Positions 10,096 through 19,218 of a stretch of DNA of 34,797 nt are shown one piece after another. Within the stretch, counting starts at the first letter, position 1. Each line of letters starts with the position of its first letter. The notes below the pieces were generated by a model that saw nothing but the letters and a program-made list of their open reading frames with translations, ran no database searches and was not told the DNA's origin. The translations under genes and the position numbers were made by a program. The stretch is taken from positions 1-34,797 of the forward strand of contig CAXTRM010000007.1 in the NCBI GenBank assembly GCA_964246625.1, read 5' to 3'. The stretch comes from an uncultured Acidobacteriaceae bacterium. GTDB lineage: Bacteria > Acidobacteriota > Terriglobia > Terriglobales > Acidobacteriaceae.

Positions 10096-11676
10096 TCAGG
10101 CCTGATGAATACTTTGCGGCGAAGCTTCCAACTCGCGCAGATCTTTCTTGTGGGTCTCCTGGCCCACTGAAGCCAGGAGCGCCATGGAGAGTAAACAAGG
10201 AACTGCTACGCAACCGGCCGCGACGTCCAGGGCTGGCACAAGCGCGGCGATGCCGAGTATCTGCGCCACTAAGCCTCCAGCTTTGCTGAAACCTGCCACA
10301 ACTCCCGTTGCGCGTCCCCGGATGCGTAACGGGTAGCTCTCGGCCGCATACGGCAAGAGCACAGAGATGATTCCATTCGTTCCCACAATCAGCAGTGTCA
10401 CAGGTAAAACGGGACTCGTGAGCCATCGTAAGGACGTGGTGCCACGAAGGAGAAGCAGCCCCAACCCAGCTGTTGTGATCAGAATGGTCAGCCATAGGGT
10501 ACGGCGAGAGCTCCACGCGCTGTATAACCAGGCCACCAGCAGTACAGTAGGCGCGGCAAGAAGTGTGGACTGGGCAAGCAGAAGACTGGCGGAACCAATA
10601 CTGCGCCCCTCACGAAGCAGGCTACCGGGCAACCATAGCAAGACCCCAAAATTTACAAAGCCCACACACAGACCGATGAGAGCAAGTGTTCCTGAGATGC
10701 CGAGCAAAGGACGGAATACCAAGGCTGTCGATTGCGCAGGGAAGGGAACGTTCGGTGTACGCACACCCGCACCTTGATCGAGAGCGATGCCGAAGCGCGT
10801 CAGTGTCTCACGCGCTTCCTGAGATCGACCCATGCTTTGCAGAAAGCGGGCCGACTCTTGGAGGTATGGGCTGAGAAGGACAAGGATCAACGCAATGGGC
10901 ATATTGATCAACCACAAAATGCGCCAGCCAAACGTGGGCTGGAGGATAGCAGATAATGCACTTGTGGCGAAGTAGCCGCCGACACTGCCTACGCCCCCAA
11001 CCAACACAAGACACCACCCCCGGTGGCGAGTGGGCATGATCTCGGCCAGCAGCGCGTAGGCCACAGGTAGCATGCCGCCCGCACCGAGACCCATCAGGAA
11101 ACACATGAAGATGTTCCAGTTGATGGAGGGCATAGCGCCGCAGATGGCTGTTCCCAAGAAGACAACGGCTGCGAGCAGGATGGAGGCGCGGCGACCATAG
11201 ATGTCTGCCAGGTACCCCCAAAGCAAGGAGCCCACGGTTGTGCCAAGTAGGCCGGCAAAAGGAACGCGAGCGACCTCGGCGAAGCTCACGCCGTACTCCA
11301 GGCGCATACCAGGTGTAACGAATCCGAGCGTTGCTGCCTTCATCACGTCAATCACCAAGGCAACAGCCAGAATGGCAATCTGTACCCAATGAGCGCTTGT
11401 AAGGGGAGCATCTTCCGGAGGTGCAATCTCTTGGTGCCTCGTCTCTGACGCCTTTTGGGGGATGAGGCCGTACGCGGCAGCGCCGAAGCCAGCAACGATC
11501 AGGAACATGCCGCAAAGCATACCCCTGTCCATAGGCATGCCGGCCATCCTGTAGTGATCATGCCTAGACATCAGAAACATCGGGAGATGCAGTATGACAC
11601 CAACCACAACGGCTACAGAGCCAAGCCAAAAAGACCAGAGGCGGCCGAGCGTGGAGAACATGGATCCTGTCTGCAT
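10096..11676 (-). CDS. MFS transporter with extra N-terminal TM hairpin
   Basis: Motif A GYLADIYGRR, LLAEIMPTRHRG, ESYPLRIRGRATG; N-terminal extension containing HLPMF...HDHYRMAGMPMD. Start uncertain. Confidence 0.9.
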   Translation of the reverse strand: MQTGSMFSTLGRLWSFWLGSVAVVVGVILHLPMFLMSRHDHYRMAGMPMDRGMLCGMFLIVAGFGAAAYGLIPQKASETRHQEIAPPEDAPLTSAHWVQIAILAVALVIDVMKAATLGFVTPGMRLEYGVSFAEVARVPFAGLLGTTVGSLLWGYLADIYGRRASILLAAVVFLGTAICGAMPSINWNIFMCFLMGLGAGGMLPVAYALLAEIMPTRHRGWCLVLVGGVGSVGGYFATSALSAILQPTFGWRILWLINMPIALILVLLSPYLQESARFLQSMGRSQEARETLTRFGIALDQGAGVRTPNVPFPAQSTALVFRPLLGISGTLALIGLCVGFVNFGVLLWLPGSLLREGRSIGSASLLLAQSTLLAAPTVLLVAWLYSAWSSRRTLWLTILITTAGLGLLLLRGTTSLRWLTSPVLPVTLLIVGTNGIISVLLPYAAESYPLRIRGRATGVVAGFSKAGGLVAQILGIAALVPALDVAAGCVAVPCLLSMALLASVGQETHKKDLRELEASPQSIHQA

Positions 11677-11749
11677 TTTTAGTACTACCTCGATCTGGAC
11701 CGAGCGCGAAAACCCGAACGGAGGGCCCAATCGGCGCTACTTGCAGCTA

Positions 11750-11776
11750 GGGACCACAGCGATCCGCTGCGGTCCC
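11750..11776. other. intergenic GC-rich hairpin
   Basis: GGGACCACAGCG-ATC-CGCTGCGGTCCC, a 12-bp stem with one mismatch (G-U on the minus strand), 13 nt after the stop of the heptad-repeat gene. No U-tract on the minus strand. Confidence 0.6.
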
Positions 11777-11788
11777 CTTTGGAATGCA

Positions 11789-11983
11789 TCACTTCTTTAC
11801 AGCAGCAAGGATTTCCTTCTGATTTGCCACGATCTCATCCAAAGTGTCTTGGTTGGTCTTAATGGTGTCTTGATTGCCGAGGATCTGCTTCTGATTTGCC
11901 AGGATGTCTTCCTGGTGCTTGAGGATCTGGCTCTGGTTATCAAGAATTGCTTTCTGGTTTGCCAGAATTTCGTTATCTGCCAT
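11789..11983 (-). CDS. 64-aa heptad-repeat (IxxNQxx) coiled-coil protein
   Basis: ILANQKA ILDNQSQ ILKHQED ILANQKQ ILGNQDT IKTNQDT LDE IVANQKE ILAAVKK; GAAAGG upstream of the ATG. Confidence 0.85.
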   Translation of the reverse strand: MADNEILANQKAILDNQSQILKHQEDILANQKQILGNQDTIKTNQDTLDEIVANQKEILAAVKK

Positions 11984-12256
11984 GGTAGTTGCCTTTCAGT
12001 GAAAAATTCCAGTTTAGAAGATGCACAAAGTCGCAGAGTGCCTGCCTCTACCTCGAGACCGATGCGCACAGACTTCTGTGACCTTCAAATCCTACAGTTT
12101 CGCTTCCGAAGTGTCAGCGCAGGTTTGAGCGTCATGCCTTAGTTTTGCGCGTTCATGCCAGAATCACGACGCTTCTTGTATCCGAGAAGAACGCCGAAGC
12201 AGGAGTGCATTGCTGTCTCCCTTCGAAGTTTTTTAGGTAAGTAGAGCTGAGTCTGA

Positions 12257-12650
12257 CTAAAAAGAAAGCTCCAAGGAGGTGAACAACACCAGCCCTTCAA
12301 ACGCGAAGTAGACAATGGGCCGCGTCAAGGGCGTGAAACAGAGGGTAATGATCAACTCCGCACTGACCAAAGCCAGTAGGAGCACGACGACCGATTGCCG
12401 GCTCTTGTGAGCGCAGCAGAGCGCGCCTAGGGGTCCCATCAGCACTGCAACGGGCACCGCCGCAGTCCAATACGTCATTACGAGCGGTGACAGGTCTCGC
12501 ATGTAAACAAGATGGAGTAGAAAGCCCAGGATGGACACCTTCGCCATCAGAATGACAGTTGTAGGCGTGACTACCTTTTCACTCAGGCGAAACAAGAGAA
12601 CCAGCACCATAAAGAGAATCGTGTTCTCGCCTGTACCGATAGTGCTGAGG
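12257..12650 (-). pseudogene. TauE/SafE (TSUP) permease, C-terminal remnant
   Basis: GTGENTILFMVLVLLFRLSEKVVTPTTVILMA...WTAAVPVAVLMGPLGA resembles the second half of TSUP proteins. The upstream part of ORF 12257..12934 is not membrane-like. Confidence 0.6.
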
Positions 12651-13001
12651 CGTCGCTGCTCAGCAGGCGCTCGTTCCCGCCATAAGTGAGCAATCTTACA
12701 GACAGACCCGAGGGAGGCCTCCATGCTGGGGTTGCTTGATGAGCACGAATCAGGCAAACCAGCGTCGGAAGAGCTCACACAAAGCCGGAGAAGTGCTTCC
12801 CATCTTTGCCCGAAAAGTTCAGCAACTACGTGATTGTACGGAGATCGGTTGGAGTTGCTGAAGGCGATCTCTCCGGAGGCGGTGGGGTTCGGCTCCGAGG
12901 CAGCTTGTCCCGTCCCTATCAAGTGCGGCACCACCTTGGGCCACTTGAGTCACGTCATCCCGGAGCGATCCGATAACACATCGTAAGGACTTTACGCACA
13001 C

Positions 13002-14585
13002 ATGGCAGTACATCTCATCAACCCGAGCGACAACTCCTTTGGCACTGCGGTCATTACACCGCGTTGGCTGTTCGTTTTGGCAGCCGCGACCCCGGCCTCC
13101 TTTGGCGATCCCATCCTCGTGGATGAGTCGATCGAACCGCTCGAGCCTGAGACCATTCAGCGTGGAGACATTGTTGGCATCAGTGTGCACACGGGTAACG
13201 CCCTACGCGGGTACCAGGTAGGGCGCCTGGCGCATGCTCAGGGCGCGACCGTAGTCTATGGCGGCATTCACGCCACTTTGTTTCCTGAAGAACCTTTCAG
13301 CCGCGGGTACGCGGATCATGTGGTGAAGGGCGATGGAGATGTCGCTTGGGGCCAAGTGCTTACGGACATCGAGCGTGGGGCGGCTAACCGTATCTATGAC
13401 GGAGGCAAGATCGACGGTGAAGAGTTCCTCTCTGCGCGCTGGGACCTGATGCAACCGGAAAAATATATGTGGGCTTCTGTGCAAACCATCCGTGGATGTC
13501 CTAAGCATTGTTCTTTTTGTTCTGTTTGGCGGACGGACGGGCAGAAGCCGCGACAACGCTCCTTCGAGAAGGTCATAGATGAAATTATCGATCTCCGTCG
13601 TAAGGGCTTCCGTTTCATTGCGCTCGCTGATGACAATTTCTACCCCGTTACGCTTACCGATCTGCGCCTGGCCCGTGAACAAGGCAACACAGACAAGCTG
13701 AACGCGCTGGCTGCTGTTCGCGAAGAGCGTTTCATGCTCATGGCCGAACTGGCCAAACTGCCTAAAGACATGGTCTTTTTCACACAGATCACGATGGAGT
13801 CCGCCGAAGATGGTGAGTACCTCGACGCCATGCGCCGGGCCAATATCAAGGGAGCGCTGGTGGGCGTAGAAGCGGTGACTCCTGAGGGGCTGAAAGCCGT
13901 TTACAAAGACTTCAACTACTCCGGTGATCGTCTTATCGAGCAACTGCAAACGTTCCGAAAACACGGGTTGCATGTGCTTGGCTCATTCATCTTCGGCTTA
14001 CCTACCGACAAGCCAAGCACCTTTGATGCGACTGTGGAACTTGCCATGAAAGCTGGTGTGACCTTCGCTCAGTTCGTCATGATGACTCCCTTTCCGGGCA
14101 CGGTGGACTTCGGGCGGTGGGAAAAGCAACAGGCCGCGAAAGCTGTGGTCGAGAACGTGGATGGGACGCCCTTAACCCGTTATTGGCTTATCCCTACGGC
14201 AACCCGGCCGAAGATGTTCACTCCGCATCCATCAATGGAGTCTGCCGACATCAGCGCACGAACGCAAAAGGTGTGGGACAGATTCTACGGGTTTGGCGCA
14301 GTTTGGAAGCGCTCAGCCTGCACACCGACCTTGCGGGCCCGCTTGGCATTCGTGCTGCTCTCCAAGCTGTATCGTCAGATGTACGCCGGCACCGGCATCT
14401 CGACTGATAGCGCGCGCCGGAAAAAAGCCAAAACCTGGGCACGTTTTACCGCAAGACAGACTCGCAAAATCTTCCAGGCAAAACCCATGCCCGAATTGAT
14501 GTACCCAGTCTGGGCACCACGGGAGAGAAGAAATCCAAAACTGATTCAACTGACCTTGAGACCATCAGACAGCATAATCGAGTAG
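13002..14585 (+). CDS. cobalamin-binding radical SAM protein
   Basis: B12-binding domain (VGISVHT, VVYGGIHATLFPEE, VVKGDGD), RGCPKHCSFC [4Fe-4S] motif, DDNF, GVE, SFIFGLP, TPFPGT. Confidence 0.93.
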   Translation: MAVHLINPSDNSFGTAVITPRWLFVLAAATPASFGDPILVDESIEPLEPETIQRGDIVGISVHTGNALRGYQVGRLAHAQGATVVYGGIHATLFPEEPFSRGYADHVVKGDGDVAWGQVLTDIERGAANRIYDGGKIDGEEFLSARWDLMQPEKYMWASVQTIRGCPKHCSFCSVWRTDGQKPRQRSFEKVIDEIIDLRRKGFRFIALADDNFYPVTLTDLRLAREQGNTDKLNALAAVREERFMLMAELAKLPKDMVFFTQITMESAEDGEYLDAMRRANIKGALVGVEAVTPEGLKAVYKDFNYSGDRLIEQLQTFRKHGLHVLGSFIFGLPTDKPSTFDATVELAMKAGVTFAQFVMMTPFPGTVDFGRWEKQQAAKAVVENVDGTPLTRYWLIPTATRPKMFTPHPSMESADISARTQKVWDRFYGFGAVWKRSACTPTLRARLAFVLLSKLYRQMYAGTGISTDSARRKKAKTWARFTARQTRKIFQAKPMPELMYPVWAPRERRNPKLIQLTLRPSDSIIE

Positions 14586-14914
14586 CTTCATTGGCGTAGA
14601 AGATCCGGAGAAGTTGAGCGGCTATTCTCGGCACGCCAGCCGCACCCGCACCTGCAACCATGGTGTGTAGTCGATGGTCTCTCTCATCCACCAACGGACG
14701 AGGCGAACACCGGCCGCTTTCCAGAAGTAGCCTGCTCCGCAGGCTACTAGTTGGTCAGGCAGGGAGAAGAAGTTTTCCTGAACGCTGGACAACTTTGCGC
14801 AGATCCACTTCAGCGATCATCCGTCCCTTAGAGTCGCCGGGCGACCATGCTCTATCAGAGCAACGACACAGATCCTGAAAGGCTCGCCGCCGTCGCTTGC
14901 CTAAGCAGCCGACC

Positions 14915-15844
14915 TTAGGATGATAGCCGTGCTAATTCGGCCAGTGCACGCATATCTCGACGTGGAGCCCGACCGAACATGCGCGTGTATTCACGACTGA
15001 AATGGGAGGCACTCTCGTAGCCTACCTGTGTTGCAGCTGCCTCGACCGTAGAGTCATTCGTAATCATGAGACGACGGGCATGCAGCAGGCGTAGCTCCTT
15101 TTGGTACTGCAGAGGGCTCATCGCCGTGCTTGCTTTAAACCGACGGTGAAATGTGGCAACACTCATGCCGGCCCTGGCGGCAAGTTCTTCGACACGCAAA
15201 GGTTCAGCGAAGCGTGTCTTCAGCTCGTGAATGGCGACAATAAGTCTTTCTTCTCGGCTGGACGCTGCGACGGTCTGCATAAGTTTTGCTCCGCCATGTC
15301 CCGTCAGCAGCCAATAGAGGAGCTCACGATGTAGTCCGGGATAGAGAACCGGGATGGCCGCTGGAGTTTTCAGTAGCCGCATAGCACGGCGCAGGCAGTC
15401 CAAGGCTTCGCCATTGAGGTCGACAACGCAAACGCCTGCCGGCGAGGTGGTCGCAGCTTGCGTTTGATTCTGCGCCTGGGGTGGCATTTGCTCAATGAGT
15501 CCGTGCAGAATGGCGAGGTCGAGAACGAGTACGACGCCAAGAAAGGGCTCATTCGGTCTGGCCTCAGAGACGGCTCCGCGTGAAGGCATCTCGACGGTAA
15601 CGACCAACGCCTGCCCCGCGCGGTACTCGTAACGACGATCGCCGAAAGTGGCCCACTTGGTACCCTGCACAGCGATGCACAGTGCTGGCCGGAAGAGCCT
15701 ATAAGTTGAAACTTTGGGGTGATCAGACCGCAGGATCACAAAGCCGTCGATGGCGGTCGGGTAAGGATTCGTTGTTCTAGAAATCTCCGTGTAGCAGCGC
15801 AGCGACTGCGTTAGGTGCCGGAGACATCTCGCTCTGTTGCCCAT
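14915..15844 (-). CDS. AraC family transcriptional regulator (AraC_N + HTH)
   Basis: PALCIAVQGTK, ELLYWLL, LAARAGMSVATFHRRFKASTAMSPLQYQKELRL, VGYESASHFSREYTRMFG. Start placed at ATG 15844 to avoid overlap with the SDR. Confidence 0.92.
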   Translation of the reverse strand: MGNRARCLRHLTQSLRCYTEISRTTNPYPTAIDGFVILRSDHPKVSTYRLFRPALCIAVQGTKWATFGDRRYEYRAGQALVVTVEMPSRGAVSEARPNEPFLGVVLVLDLAILHGLIEQMPPQAQNQTQAATTSPAGVCVVDLNGEALDCLRRAMRLLKTPAAIPVLYPGLHRELLYWLLTGHGGAKLMQTVAASSREERLIVAIHELKTRFAEPLRVEELAARAGMSVATFHRRFKASTAMSPLQYQKELRLLHARRLMITNDSTVEAAATQVGYESASHFSREYTRMFGRAPRRDMRALAELARLSS

Positions 15845-15956
15845 AGGACCAATCATGCAGCCTGAGTGTACGTGAGAGGAATAGGTACAAAATCGCGACC
15901 CTGGGCCATTCCGTTTTGCTGATCCGCGGCCTAGTGTGAATGGATCACGAGGAAAC

Positions 15957-16727
15957 ATGTTGAAGGATTCGCAAAAGAAGGTTGCCGTTGTGACAGGTGG
16001 CAGTCGGGGTATCGGCCGCAGCACGGTAGAGCATCTCGCGCGTCGGGGCGTTAACGTGATCTTCACATACCACAGTCATCGCGAGGACGCCGAAGTAGTC
16101 ACTGCCGAGGTGAAATCGCTGGGCGTTGAAGCCTTTGCACTGTCTCTCGATACCGGCAAGGTAGGTGCGTTCGGAGCTTTTGCTGACAGAGTACGAGACG
16201 TGCTCGTCAAATTAGGGATGGAGCGTTTTGACTACCTGGTCAACAATGCAGGCAACAATCATCGCAACATGCCCTTGGAGAGTGTCACGGAAGAAGAGAT
16301 GGACAGTATCTACAGCGTGCATTTCAAGGGTGTATTGTTTCTCACGCAGACATTACTGCAGCTCATAAAGGACGGTGGTCGCATCATTAACGTCTCAACA
16401 ACACGGACACGCCTTTCAAGCCGGGGCGGAGCCGCATACGCCTCGATGAAGGGAGCTGTCGATGTGCTATCGCGCCATATGGCGACGGAGCTTGGGCCAC
16501 GCCGCATCACGGTCAACGTCGTTGCGCCAGGCGCGGTAGCGACGGACTTCAGCGGAGGCATTGTGCGCGACAATTCCGAGGTACATAAGCTCGTCGCTAG
16601 TCATACGGCCCTTGGCCGCGTAGCTGGTGCTGACGACATTGGCCCCGTAATCGCGGCATTGCTGGAGGACGACAACGGATGGATTAATGGACAGCGTCTC
16701 GAGGTGAATGGCGGTGTCATGATGTAG
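15957..16727 (+). CDS. short-chain dehydrogenase/reductase
   Basis: TGGSRGIG, LVNNAG, YASMK, VAPGAVATD; GAGG SD; divergent from the AraC gene. Confidence 0.95.
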   Translation: MLKDSQKKVAVVTGGSRGIGRSTVEHLARRGVNVIFTYHSHREDAEVVTAEVKSLGVEAFALSLDTGKVGAFGAFADRVRDVLVKLGMERFDYLVNNAGNNHRNMPLESVTEEEMDSIYSVHFKGVLFLTQTLLQLIKDGGRIINVSTTRTRLSSRGGAAYASMKGAVDVLSRHMATELGPRRITVNVVAPGAVATDFSGGIVRDNSEVHKLVASHTALGRVAGADDIGPVIAALLEDDNGWINGQRLEVNGGVMM

Positions 16728-17155
16728 CGTCACTGTTTCTTGGCGGGAACAGGAATAGCTCATCTGTCGCACCCGCCTGCGAGTTGTAAATAAGTGCTCT
16801 TTGTTGGCACTTCTAAGGTAGTTCGGACCGCGACCCACGCGCGACGAAGGTGTCCCGCTTACACGCTCGCCGTGACTCTAGTGGAACTAGAATCTTGATC
16901 GAAGGTGCCACACGAGGACTCCAGCCGCGAAGCCCCGTCGAGGCTAGTGCTGTCTGATGTTTGTTCGTATGTGCGTCAAGTTGTCAGAAATTCAGTCTCT
17001 GCACGTAGCAAAAGAGTAGGCAAATCTGACGCGGAGGACTATAGTAACTGCGAAGTTCAGACACTTGGTGTACAACGCACCAGCGCTCCACAGAAATTCA
17101 GGTGAATCGCACGACGACTCACCTGAGCGACGCACGTTACTTGACCGGGGGCTTC

Positions 17156-19138
17156 ATGATTCGGACAGAGTCGAACATTCGCAAGGCTATCCAATATACG
17201 GTGTTGATGCTTGCATTGGCGTCTGGATCTGTTATGTCAGTGCAGGGTCAAATAAGTGTATTGACGCAGCACAATGACAATAATCGTGACGGTGTGAACG
17301 CGAATGAGACCGTCCTCACGCCATCAAATGTAAACAGTACTCAGTTTGGCCTGCTGTTCAAGTTGGCGGTGGATGATCAGATCTACGCGCAGCCTCTCTA
17401 CGTGGCGAACGCGAGCATTGCCGGGGGAACTCACAACGCTGTGTTCGTTGCCACCACGAACAATAGTGTGTACGCCTTCGATGCAGATTCCGGGGCGCAA
17501 TACTGGCACGTCCAACTTGGTCCTGCCTACAATGTGAGTGACAATCCTCCGGGTTGCAACGACGTTCTGGGTAACTCCGGAATTATGAGCACGCCCGTGA
17601 TTGACCCTAGCTCCAACACGCTGTATGTCGTGGCGCAAACTTGGGTGAATGGTACCTCCACCCACTATCTTCACGCTCTAAATCTTACGTCCGGAGCGGA
17701 AAACGCCGGCAGCCCCGCAACGCTTGTGGCCAATGGCTTTAATTCTAAATATGAATTGCAGCGCGCAGGCCTCCTGCTGTCGAACAAGAACGTCTACATC
17801 GCCTTCGCCAGCCATTGCGACTTCGGCACCTATGCTGGTTATGTCATGGCATACAGCGCATCCGGTCTCAACCAGGTCGGCGTCTTTAATCCCGGTCCGA
17901 ACAACAGTGAATCAGCTATCTGGCAATCAGGAAACGGCGCTGCCGCTGATGCCGCTGGGAACGCCTACTTCATCACGGGAAATGGTGCCTGGAACGGAGA
18001 GAGTGACTTCGGCGAGACCTTTCTGAAGCTTAACAGCACCCTTGCTTTACAGGACTGGCATACCCCCAGCAATTATCAGGACCTTAACAGTGGAGATCAG
18101 GATCTCACCGCGTCCGGTCCGCTTCTGATTCCGGGCAAGAACCTGGTCATCGGTGGAGGCAAGGACGGCTACCTGCACCTGATCAATACAGGCAACATGG
18201 GGCACTTGGGCGATGCTACCGCGGTGCAAGCGCCTTGGAAGGCGACATCTTCTCACATCCACTCCCTCAATTACTGGAACAGCAATCTATACATGTGGGG
18301 TCAGGATGACTACCTGAAGGTGTTTGCCTTTGATGGCGCCAAGTTCAATCCAACCCCCAAGTACACGCTGGGAGTGCATGCTTTCTCTCACCCGGGTGGA
18401 ACGTTGTCTTTGTCCGCGAACGCCAATACAAATGGCATCCTGTGGGCTGCCACGAACACGAGCTCGGGGGCAGACGGGTCGGGCGCGTGGCATCAAACTG
18501 TTCCGGGCATACTCTATGCCTACAATGCGGTTAACATGAACTTGCTTTGGACAAACCAGCAGAATGCTCCCAGGGATTCCTGCGACAACTATGCAAAGTT
18601 CACGGCACCCACGGTTGTCAGTGGCAAAGTGTACCTTGCCAGCTTCGGTCAGGCGCAGACAGCAAGCGGACAGTTGTGTGTCTACGGTGAGATGCCGACA
18701 ACAAGCCTGATCCCGAACGGCACGTACACCCTGATCGATTCCAACAGCGGGAAGGCTCTGGATGATCCCGGATACTCGAAGGTAAACGGGACTGTAATGA
18801 ACATCTACACCGTAAACAATGGATCCAATCAGAAGTGGGTAGTCAATAACCTTGGCAACAATGTCATCACCCTAACCAACAGCAGCAGTGGGGAACTGCT
18901 TGATGTCACCGGAGCGTCAACAGCAAACAGCGCCCTGGTCGATCAATGGCCTGCAAACGGACAAACCAATCAGCAGTGGCGTGTGACCTCGGTTGGTGGA
19001 GGCAAATATGAGTTGGTGAGCGTTGGAAGTGGTCAGGCGCTCGACGTGAGTGGGGCTGCCACCGCGAACCAAACCAAAGTGGACCAGTATCCCTACGCTG
19101 GTCATACATGGCAGCAGTGGGTCTTTCAGCGCCAATAG
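17156..19138 (+). CDS. secreted PQQ-like beta-propeller protein with C-terminal ricin-B (CBM13) lectin domain
   Basis: Signal peptide then VLTQHNDNNRDG, IYAQPLY, STPVID, QRAGLLL, AIWQSG, KFTAPTV; three QxW repeats (NQKW, NQQW, WQQW) at the C-terminus. Confidence 0.85.
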   Translation: MIRTESNIRKAIQYTVLMLALASGSVMSVQGQISVLTQHNDNNRDGVNANETVLTPSNVNSTQFGLLFKLAVDDQIYAQPLYVANASIAGGTHNAVFVATTNNSVYAFDADSGAQYWHVQLGPAYNVSDNPPGCNDVLGNSGIMSTPVIDPSSNTLYVVAQTWVNGTSTHYLHALNLTSGAENAGSPATLVANGFNSKYELQRAGLLLSNKNVYIAFASHCDFGTYAGYVMAYSASGLNQVGVFNPGPNNSESAIWQSGNGAAADAAGNAYFITGNGAWNGESDFGETFLKLNSTLALQDWHTPSNYQDLNSGDQDLTASGPLLIPGKNLVIGGGKDGYLHLINTGNMGHLGDATAVQAPWKATSSHIHSLNYWNSNLYMWGQDDYLKVFAFDGAKFNPTPKYTLGVHAFSHPGGTLSLSANANTNGILWAATNTSSGADGSGAWHQTVPGILYAYNAVNMNLLWTNQQNAPRDSCDNYAKFTAPTVVSGKVYLASFGQAQTASGQLCVYGEMPTTSLIPNGTYTLIDSNSGKALDDPGYSKVNGTVMNIYTVNNGSNQKWVVNNLGNNVITLTNSSSGELLDVTGASTANSALVDQWPANGQTNQQWRVTSVGGGKYELVSVGSGQALDVSGAATANQTKVDQYPYAGHTWQQWVFQRQ

Positions 19139-19218
19139 GCGTGCCTGGAACTTCGCGTACCACGTGAGGTCCTGCTATTTTGTCCGGACCTCACAGTCTT
19201 CGTTTCGGGGCAAGTTGA

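Noticed and set aside
11789-14585. Heptad peptide as RiPP precursor for the radical SAM
   Set aside because: The genes are divergent and separated by a remnant, there is no leader/core structure, RRE or peptidase, and a coiled coil explains the repeat better.
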